Of a stretch of DNA of 64,000 nt, positions 1 through 7,009 are shown in pieces. The notes beneath the pieces are model-generated. The model saw only the letters and a list, made by a program, of their open reading frames with translations. It did no database searches and had not been told where the DNA came from. How positions within the stretch are numbered: position 1 is the first letter of the stretch; every line of letters starts with the position of its first letter. Made by a program: the position numbers and the translations under genes. The DNA comes from Planctomycetaceae bacterium (lineage in GTDB: Bacteria; Planctomycetota; Planctomycetia; Planctomycetales; Planctomycetaceae). Where the stretch lies: the NCBI GenBank assembly GCA_900299185.1, contig OMIV01000143.1, forward strand, positions 6,688 through 70,687, given 5' to 3'.

Positions 1-359
1 TTCTCTGCGATCTCGTTCAACGCCGAATTCAAGTAGTACCAGTAGTCGTCCTTCGGCAGTGGCAGCGTCGAGTCCATAGCGGTCGTACTACGAGCGGCAT
101 CCAGCACGGTCTCAACCGCCACCGAGTTCAAGAAGATCTCTTGGCAACTCTTTTCGAGCACCGTGCGGATCAACAACTTGCCGTTGTGCACCGAGTTCAA
201 GGACACGTTGAGTCGATCCAGAAACTCTTTGCGTTTCCAAGCAGACTGAGCACGGCGCTTACCGATCCACCAACCCAAGGCCATCATCACGAGGCCCGAC
301 ACGAGCTTCGACCAGTTGCCTTCAATCAGGTTTTCAACGGCTTCAATCAACTCGTCCAT
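1..359 (-). CDS. hypothetical membrane-anchored protein, 5' part only (runs off left edge)
   Basis: My own minus-strand translation starts at ATG 359, 16 nt after the thyX stop. It gives MDELIEAVENLIEGNWSKLVSGLVMMALGWWIGKRRAQSAWKRKEFLDRLNVSL... and stays open to position 1. It has one hydrophobic helix (LVSGLVMMALGWWIG). It is absent from the ORF track because it is truncated. No family recognised. Confidence 0.5.
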   Translation of the reverse strand, partial: MDELIEAVENLIEGNWSKLVSGLVMMALGWWIGKRRAQSAWKRKEFLDRLNVSLNSVHNGKLLIRTVLEKSCQEIFLNSVAVETVLDAARSTTAMDSTLPLPKDDYWYYLNSALNEIAE

Positions 360-374
360 GCGATCCCTATCCGC

Positions 375-1310
375 TTACTTTTGGAGGATGCCGAGCTTCT
401 GCAGTTTGGCTTCGCATTCATCGCGCTCACGACTGCGAGACAGCCCGCGCCAAGTCTCGTCTTGCACTTCCAAGAACAAGTCCTTGTGAAACGGCGGCAC
501 CAGTCCGCGAGTTGCCGCCGCCGCCATCAGCTTTTGAATGGCTTCAATTTCAAGGCGACTCAATGAGTCGGACTGCATGCGGTAATCGAGGAACGCTTCC
601 CACACCATCGGGAACAGTGGCTTCAGGATCTGCTCGCCAATCGTTGTCGCGTACTGACGAATCTCAAGCTGCGCGTGCGAGTCCATCCGCAGAGCCAAGA
701 AGTGCAGCAAGTTGTGTAGGTCGATCTTCCAATAGGCTTCGGTGTAGGTCGACAACGGCAAGTCTTTACGAGCTTGCTCGCGCGCGACACCGCGTTCGAT
801 GCGCTCTTGATAGACGCGCCGCGCGAGTGCTTGCAGTTCGAGTTCCGAGGTCGTCAACGCATCGCCCTGACTCGCTTCCAACACGCCGTCGCTGCCTTGT
901 CGATTAGAAGCCGCCTGCACGCGCCATTGATCCGGCGGAGTCGTTTGAGCGCCGTCAATCGCCAGTGAGTACCGCGTTGAGTACTCGTTAACGCTGGCCG
1001 TGCGATGACGAATCCACTGCCGCCAGCAGTCCATCGGGACTCGGACCAGCAGTTTGATCTCAGCCATCTCGAACGGGGTCGTATGCCGATGTCGCAGCAG
1101 GTATCGAATGAGGCCCCGATCGTCCGAGACCTTCTTGGTGCCGGCGCCGTAGCTAACTCGCGCCGCTTGCACGACCGAACTATCGTTGCCCATCACATCA
1201 ACCAGGCAAACGAAGCCATCATCCAGCACCGGCAGCTTCTTCCAACGCAGCACCTCGACGATGTCTTGGCCATCCTGATTATCAGCCACCTGCGAGCTAT
1301 CAGCAGTCAT
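375..1310 (-). CDS. thyX: flavin-dependent thymidylate synthase ThyX
   Basis: 311-aa ORF with ATG at 1310 and TAA at 375-377. The ThyX signature RHRxxSxxxxSxRY is present as RHRTASVNEYSTRY. Confidence 0.93.
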   Translation of the reverse strand: MTADSSQVADNQDGQDIVEVLRWKKLPVLDDGFVCLVDVMGNDSSVVQAARVSYGAGTKKVSDDRGLIRYLLRHRHTTPFEMAEIKLLVRVPMDCWRQWIRHRTASVNEYSTRYSLAIDGAQTTPPDQWRVQAASNRQGSDGVLEASQGDALTTSELELQALARRVYQERIERGVAREQARKDLPLSTYTEAYWKIDLHNLLHFLALRMDSHAQLEIRQYATTIGEQILKPLFPMVWEAFLDYRMQSDSLSRLEIEAIQKLMAAAATRGLVPPFHKDLFLEVQDETWRGLSRSRERDECEAKLQKLGILQK

Positions 1311-1492
1311 TCCGTCACTCCGAAATCATGTCTAATGAGACCCCATCGAGCCTCGCGAATTGGGGGGCGGATCTTAGGACACGCCGAGACTTCATCCACT
1401 CCGGCGCTGGCTGTCGGGTGACTCGCAGCCGATTTGCTCGATGTGTGCGGGAAGTGAGCGCTTTGTTGAATGAGCCAGCCAAGCATTCCAGT

Positions 1493-1714
1493 CCCCCTCG
1501 CCCCACTGGGGAGAGGGGTTAGAGGTGAGGGGCAATCGCAATCCGAGCTCCTGAATTCAAAGGGTTGCGCCGTTCGATGACGGGCGTCTCATGATCGATC
1601 AGCCAACAACAGCCGACGCGCGGCGACTTGATGAATCGGCCGAGCTTGAAACTCCGAGCGTCTCGTTTGTTGCCCCTCAACCCCCGGCCCCTCTCCCCAT
1701 AGGGGCGAGGGGAG
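1493..1714. repeat. pair of ~45-nt inverted repeats (G/C-tract palindromic element) flanking ~135 nt; MITE/REP-like
   Basis: Arm 1 (1493-1535) is ccccctcgccccactggggagaggggttagaggtgaggggcaa. The reverse complement of 1670-1714 is ctcccctcgcccctatggggagaggggccgggggttgaggggcaa. Both share the block order cccctcgcccc-N3-ggggagagggg...gaggggcaa. Each arm is itself a hairpin (cccctcgcccc / ggggagagggg, one mismatch). Track ORFs 1328..1522 and 1591..1809 that cross the arms look non-coding. Confidence 0.7.
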
Positions 1715-2099
1715 ATTTTGCGGGACCAACAACTCGAGTCGAGAACCCGGTGGCTTTAGTCAGTCTCTTGACGGCTGACTTCTCAGAACGACCGAACTCA
1801 TGTCGCTGATACGGCGATCGGGACTCTTGTCGTCGAGCGGGCGTTGCTGTCGCTTGTGGCTGATGCGGCTCACGAGCTTTCTCAACGTGACTTGAGCTGC
1901 GTCGCCGACGGGCACCGTGTTTCGTTTTGGCAACGCCTCGGTGTGACCCTCATGGTTGCGAGTTCCTGTCGAATTGCTGTGCGCGCTGCTGTCGGAAGGG
2001 AACGACAACGGCGTCGGCCTTGATGCATTCGACCCAACGTTCGCGCGTCCGGCCTCTCTCCCCTCAGAGGCTGGAGGCGTGGCGGAAATCGGTTGGCCC

Positions 2100-3005
2100 A
2101 TGAAGCCGTCACGTTCAACTCACACGAACGTGCTGGCGACAGCGGCCCTTGTGTCGTTGTGCGTTGTCATGCTTACTACTTCTTGGCTTCGAAATCTGCG
2201 TTCCGTCCAGCGTCGTCGTCGAGCACGGCCGTCGTGTTCCGAGCGGCTGGAATCGCGCGAGCTACTCGCCGCAGCCGCCGTGTATGTCGATGGTTTGTGG
2301 ACCGGTCTGCCGGTGGGCACGGACCCCGATGGCAGCGGACCGGCTACGAGCATTGGCGTCGATGCGTTCGCAGACATCGCTTCGGGAATCGCGGCAGTGG
2401 CCGATACGGGGACCGTTAACATCCGACCGGGCACCTATGTTGAAGCCGTGCAGATCTCGAAGCCTCTAACGCTGCAAGGCACCTCTAATCCGTTGTCGGT
2501 CATCATCGCGCCGGGAGCAGGCTCGAACGGCGTGACCATTGCGTCGCCTCACGGAGCCGTCGCGCTGCGGAACTTCACGATCAGCGGCACTCAAACAGCG
2601 GTCGACGTCACGACGAACGACGATGTGCTACTCGACCTGCTGGTGGCTGACGACAACGCCGTCGGAGTGCATGTGGCTCAAGCGGATGACCTCACCATCA
2701 ACGACGGTCGGTACGCGGACATCAGCGTGCGATCCACCGACAGCGTCACGCTGCAAGGTTCGCGAATTAACTCGACCGGCAACATCGACATCGAAACTCA
2801 GAACGCGATCTCGGTCGGCACCACGATCGATGTAGGAGCCAGCACACTTCGATTCATCGCGAACCTCGACGGCTCGGACAACGAAGGCTTCTCGCAAGCC
2901 ATCAACACCACGATCAAGACCACCAACGATTCCATCGATGCCGTGCGCATCGAAGTCAACACGCTGTTGGGTGGCAACGGCGACGCCACGATTGGCCGCA
3001 TTTAA
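2100..3005 (+). CDS. giant exported protein A, N-terminal piece (leader plus parallel beta-helix-like region), ends at an in-frame TAA
   Basis: ATG at 2100 gives MKPSRSTHTNVLATAALVSLCVVMLTTSWLRNLRSVQRRRRARPSCSERLESRELLAAA: a hydrophobic segment, an Arg run and the LExxExRxLL motif. It is followed by pectin-lyase-fold-like sequence (VNIRPGTYVEAVQISKPLTLQG, FTISGTQTAVDV...). TAA at 3003-3005 is in the same frame as ORF 3117..6743. Confidence 0.65.
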   Translation: MKPSRSTHTNVLATAALVSLCVVMLTTSWLRNLRSVQRRRRARPSCSERLESRELLAAAAVYVDGLWTGLPVGTDPDGSGPATSIGVDAFADIASGIAAVADTGTVNIRPGTYVEAVQISKPLTLQGTSNPLSVIIAPGAGSNGVTIASPHGAVALRNFTISGTQTAVDVTTNDDVLLDLLVADDNAVGVHVAQADDLTINDGRYADISVRSTDSVTLQGSRINSTGNIDIETQNAISVGTTIDVGASTLRFIANLDGSDNEGFSQAINTTIKTTNDSIDAVRIEVNTLLGGNGDATIGRI

Positions 3006-3116
3006 ACCGGCACGACCGACGATCCTGCGGGCGGTCGAGTCACCATCATCGCTCGCAACGGAGCGATCGCCGACAGCAACAGCGACGACATCAATCTCAT
3101 TGCCAGCAGCGCGATC

Positions 3117-6100
3117 TTGCTGGCCAGTGCCGGCATCGGCTCGATCGGTGATCGGTTCGAAACGTCGTTGCATCGAGTCACCGCCTCTGGCGGTTACAAC
3201 GGGCTGACGTTGTTCAACGACATTGCTCTGACCATCGACGATCTCGTGCCCAACATCCCTGCCATCGGAGCGTTGTCAGGAGTGGTGCAGGTCTCATCGC
3301 CGCGTTCCATCACCGTCGCTGGCGACATCATCAGCAAACGCGTGCTGCTGAAGTGTGACGAAAATTACGGGTACTCGGAGCTGCGGATTAAGTCGGGCGC
3401 CGCCGTGCGAGCGCTGTCTGGAAACGTCGAACTCGTCAGCGGCGACGACATCGCCTTGGAAGCAGGATCGTTGGTCGAATCGCTCACGGGCGGCGTCTAT
3501 CTCAAAGGCGATGACGGCAACTTCGACTTCGGCGTCGGTACGTCGATCTCCATTGATGGCCTCATCAACTCGGCGATTGGAACGCGAGCCGAAGGCAACA
3601 CCGACAAGGATGTGATCTCGGTTTCCCAGCTCGGCACGGGCGGACTGGTACTCGACGGCCTCGGTCGCGATGACCGTTACGTCGTCACCTACCCAAGCTT
3701 GCCCGCGACATTCGGCAGCACGCTGACCGTGCAAGATTCGGATACCGGCAACGATCAGCTCATAGTGAATGGCTCGGATGACTCCGACGAATTCTTCTTC
3801 ACAACGACTGATCCGCCGACGTCCATCGAGACCGAACAACTGACGCGCGGTAACTCGACCGCCGAGCGCATCATCATCGACGACAGCATCAACGGGCTGA
3901 CGATCAACACCGGCGAAGGCGCGGACATCGTGCATGTGCAGCCGACGTTTCTCTTCCCTGTCACCGTCAATGGCGGCGAGCCTTGCTTCGAGGACATCGG
4001 TTCGGAAAACGGCGACACGCTCGACTTCAACCCGCTCGGCAACGACTTCTCGATCAACGGCAACACGCTGCGAGCCGTCGGTAAGGATGGCATCTATCAA
4101 CCGATCAAGTTCCTCGACATCGAGAATCTGCCGCTGGATCCAGTTGGCACCGGCGAGACGCTGAAGTTCGACTTCAATCACACCAACACTGCGTCTTCGG
4201 TGCAGGAGTCTCCGACCGAGTCCGGCTACATCGGCGTGCGAGCAGGCACGCTGTACTCCGATGGTTTGGGCTATGGCTGGCAGGAGAAAGTCAGCAGCTT
4301 CGAACGAAACGACGGCTTCTATCTGGGACCGCAAAAGTTCTTACTGCAAGACGGTCACTCGCTGGGGCGACAAGCCACCTTCACCATCGATGTGCCCACG
4401 CCGGGCTATTACTCCGTCGGTGCGCTGATGGGGAATCCTTACAGCGACATGGCCGATGTCATGATCAAGAACGGCGACTCCAGCCAAGTGCTCGTCGACC
4501 ACATCACCTCGACCGCCGGGCATTCCACCGACGTTGAATTCGTCATCTATGTGCCGGACACCACGCTCGATCTGCGCTTCATCAATTCGCTGACGAACCC
4601 TGCTCTGCTGGGTCTCAACGCTCTCGAAGTCCGACCTGCCGAGATCCTCACGATGGGCTTGGATTCGTGCGACGCGCGGTACGTTGCCGACGGTGTGACG
4701 ACCGACACCTTGACGCTCTCGCATGCTCCCGCGAATTCCTACATCACCGTGTCGATCGATCTTGGCACGCTGGTGACAACTGACGCCGACCGCGAGATCT
4801 CCGGTGTGCAAGTTCTGACAGATGAAGAAGGCACGGCGACGATCCAAGTGCGGCGTCCGTTTGGCGGAGGCACGGCCACCGTCGAACTCGACGACGTGCG
4901 CGGCCTCGCAACAGGAGTGGCCGCGATCGAGTACGTGCTGCCCCAAGCTCGCAACTTCGACTTCAACCATGTGAATCGAGAATCAGCCGCGATCCCCTCG
5001 CCCACGATGACTCCAGTGGTCTCGCCGTCGAACCCAACCGGCTTCATCGGCGTGCTGCCCACGGACCTTTACACCGAGTCGCGCGGTTATGGTTGGCAGC
5101 TTCAACCTGGCAGCTTTGATGACTACGAGATCCCACAGGATTCTCGCTCGAACCTGCAGCGCGATGGTCACTTCGGTTCGTTCGCCGATGCCTTCACGGT
5201 CGACCTGCCCAACGATGTCTACGACGTGCGTTTGACGATGGGTTACAGCAAAGCGACGGACGCGATGTCCGTGCGAGCCAACGGAATGATGGTCGTTTCG
5301 AACGAAGACACTCTGCCCTTCGAGTACTTCCAAGCGTCGTTCCGCACGGAAGTCAGCAACGGGCAACTGCTGCTGGAGTTTGGTGACGGCGGCTTGATTC
5401 CGAACTGGGTTATCAACGGCTTAGAGATCCGCTCGACGACGATGGTTTCGCCGATCACGTTCACTCAACCGTTGGGCGACGTGGCAGCCAATGGGCGAGA
5501 AGTTCGCACGATTCACGCGACGTCAGACCTAGCTGCCGGTCAGCTCGTGACGGTCTCGACCACGCTGGGGACAGTTATCACCAGCGACGCCGACGCTCGT
5601 TTGGAAGGCGTCCAAGTTCCGGTCGGCACCGGCGGTGCGATCGCCTTTGATGTCCGTGCTCAGCAGCTATCCGGTACGCCGCGAGTTCGCATCGAGTCGA
5701 TCGATGGTCTGCATCAGGGCGAGATCAAGTCGAGCAGTTACCTGCGCTATGTCATCGATCAAGTGCGACGGTTCGACTTCAACCACATCGCGGGCTTCAC
5801 CGTGACTCCTACCGAGCCCGGCTTCATTGGCGTCAATCGGCTCGATACGGACGCCGAGCATGTCGGCTTCGGATTTGTGACGACGCCGAATTCGACCGAC
5901 TTCAGTGTCGCCACGCCGGATGACGCGGGTGATCTGACCAAAATTTCGAAGTCGAGCGTCGCTCCGTACCGCGATGGCATCTCCGGTCACTTCACGCTCG
6001 GCAGCCGCATCTTCCAAGTCGAAGCCAAGCCGGGAGTCGACTACGACATTCGCGTCTTCACCGGGCATCCCTTCCACGATCAAGCCACGCAGTCGAATGC

Positions 6101-6743
6101 CGAAGGAGTCGCCGGTTCCAAGTCCGTCACGACCCAAGCCGGGTTCTTCTCGTCGCTGACGTTCTTGGGCGCACACGACACCAATGGCGACGGCTTCATT
6201 GATATCTCGTTCGGCAACGCCGGTGGCATCTCACCGTTGTGGATCGTCACGGGACTTGATGTTGCGGAATCGTCGACCGGTCTGCCTCCAGCCGCACCGC
6301 TGCTGCCTGAGGCTGGAGATGCGGTGCCAACTGGCACCATGCCGACAACGCTATCGATTACTCAACTGCAAGCCGCTCGCACGATCGCCATCAACGCTTG
6401 GGCAGCAACGGGTCTGAGTTCCGCCGAGCTAGCGCGACTCAATGCGACGACGATCACGATCTCGAATCTGGATGCCGTCGGAGCACTCGGCCTAGCTGGC
6501 TCTCGAACGATCGTGATCGACGACGACGCAGCGGGCTTCGGTTGGCACACGACGACTGACGCGCCGGCTGCGAACCGCTTTGACTTGCTCACCGTCGTCG
6601 CGCACGAGCTTGGTCACATCATCGGTCGCAGCGATCTTGATCCCGGACTGTTTGCGAACGACTTGATGGCCGGATCGCTCGGACTGGGCACGCGACACTC
6701 GCAACTGGCCGCCATCGACGACTTCTTTGCTGGGCAGATTTAG
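3117..6743 (+). CDS. giant exported protein A, main body (beta-helix repeats, 3 lectin-like modules, C-terminal metzincin-motif tail); frame open from 3006, true start unclear
   Basis: 1208 codons; the track start is TTG 3117 and there is no nearby in-frame ATG. Contains the segment FFFTTTDPPTSIETEQLTRG. Three tandem modules of ~265 aa open with FDFNH...GY/FIGV...GYGW (or GFGF) at nt ~4161, ~4950 and ~5766. The tail is DDDAAGFGWHTT...LLTVVAHELGHIIGRSD...DLMAG, with HELGH at 6603-6617. Confidence 0.75.
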   Translation: MLASAGIGSIGDRFETSLHRVTASGGYNGLTLFNDIALTIDDLVPNIPAIGALSGVVQVSSPRSITVAGDIISKRVLLKCDENYGYSELRIKSGAAVRALSGNVELVSGDDIALEAGSLVESLTGGVYLKGDDGNFDFGVGTSISIDGLINSAIGTRAEGNTDKDVISVSQLGTGGLVLDGLGRDDRYVVTYPSLPATFGSTLTVQDSDTGNDQLIVNGSDDSDEFFFTTTDPPTSIETEQLTRGNSTAERIIIDDSINGLTINTGEGADIVHVQPTFLFPVTVNGGEPCFEDIGSENGDTLDFNPLGNDFSINGNTLRAVGKDGIYQPIKFLDIENLPLDPVGTGETLKFDFNHTNTASSVQESPTESGYIGVRAGTLYSDGLGYGWQEKVSSFERNDGFYLGPQKFLLQDGHSLGRQATFTIDVPTPGYYSVGALMGNPYSDMADVMIKNGDSSQVLVDHITSTAGHSTDVEFVIYVPDTTLDLRFINSLTNPALLGLNALEVRPAEILTMGLDSCDARYVADGVTTDTLTLSHAPANSYITVSIDLGTLVTTDADREISGVQVLTDEEGTATIQVRRPFGGGTATVELDDVRGLATGVAAIEYVLPQARNFDFNHVNRESAAIPSPTMTPVVSPSNPTGFIGVLPTDLYTESRGYGWQLQPGSFDDYEIPQDSRSNLQRDGHFGSFADAFTVDLPNDVYDVRLTMGYSKATDAMSVRANGMMVVSNEDTLPFEYFQASFRTEVSNGQLLLEFGDGGLIPNWVINGLEIRSTTMVSPITFTQPLGDVAANGREVRTIHATSDLAAGQLVTVSTTLGTVITSDADARLEGVQVPVGTGGAIAFDVRAQQLSGTPRVRIESIDGLHQGEIKSSSYLRYVIDQVRRFDFNHIAGFTVTPTEPGFIGVNRLDTDAEHVGFGFVTTPNSTDFSVATPDDAGDLTKISKSSVAPYRDGISGHFTLGSRIFQVEAKPGVDYDIRVFTGHPFHDQATQSNAEGVAGSKSVTTQAGFFSSLTFLGAHDTNGDGFIDISFGNAGGISPLWIVTGLDVAESSTGLPPAAPLLPEAGDAVPTGTMPTTLSITQLQAARTIAINAWAATGLSSAELARLNATTITISNLDAVGALGLAGSRTIVIDDDAAGFGWHTTTDAPAANRFDLLTVVAHELGHIIGRSDLDPGLFANDLMAGSLGLGTRHSQLAAIDDFFAGQI

Positions 6744-6861
6744 GAGCGAATCGAGAAGTCATTCCGAACTAAGGATGACAGGCACTGGGTGCTCGAAGAG
6801 CGTAGCAACTGAAACATCCACGCCCTTCCCGTTGGTCAGAGCGTGCCGCGCAAAAGATGTT

Positions 6862-6887
6862 CTCGTTCCCAGGCTCTTGGGAACGAG
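6862..6887. terminator. hairpin ctcgttccc-N8-gggaacgag in convergent gap (repeat family R3)
   Basis: Perfect 9-bp stem (6862-6870 / 6879-6887) with loop aggctctt. Lies between the stop of giant A (6743) and the stop of the minus-strand gene at 7010. The same stem core recurs at 29956-29996. Confidence 0.5.
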
Positions 6888-6889
6888 TT

Positions 6890-6990
6890 GGCAGAATTCG
6901 AGTTGCCCATCTCAGTCGCGGAGCGACTGAGCTACGTAGGCGAGTCGCTCCGCGACTCGCTGAAATCGAAATCCAACGATTGAAGACGCA
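6890..6990 (+). repeat. palindromic intergenic repeat family R2, copy 1
   Basis: Core is ctcagtcgcggagcgactgagctacgtaggcgagtcgctccgcgactcgctgaaatcgaaatcc (6911-6974). It contains nested palindromes: gagcgact/agtcgctc around ctacgtag, and cgagtcg/cgactcg. About 85% identical by eye to 48511-48574. Matches 56512-56575 in reverse orientation. Confidence 0.8.
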
Positions 6991-7009
6991 CTCGCTCTCC
7001 AGCAGTCCG

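Noticed and set aside
141-566. 141-aa plus-strand ORF at the left end
   Set aside because: It overlaps both thyX and the downstream minus-strand membrane-protein gene. It has a His/Arg/Gln-rich composition and no motif.
1591-1809. 72-aa ORF in the thyX / giant A intergenic region
   Set aside because: Its middle (PQPPAPLPIGARGDF) is simply the translation of the G/C-tract repeat arm at 1670-1714. This is a typical artefact of REP-like elements.
3003-3005. Genome-wide reassignment of TAA to a sense codon as the explanation for the in-frame stops in giants A and B
   Set aside because: TAA is the terminator of thyX (375-377), rpoD (10757-10759) and dnaG (12428-12430). These proteins end at the expected positions, so TAA functions as a normal stop in this genome.
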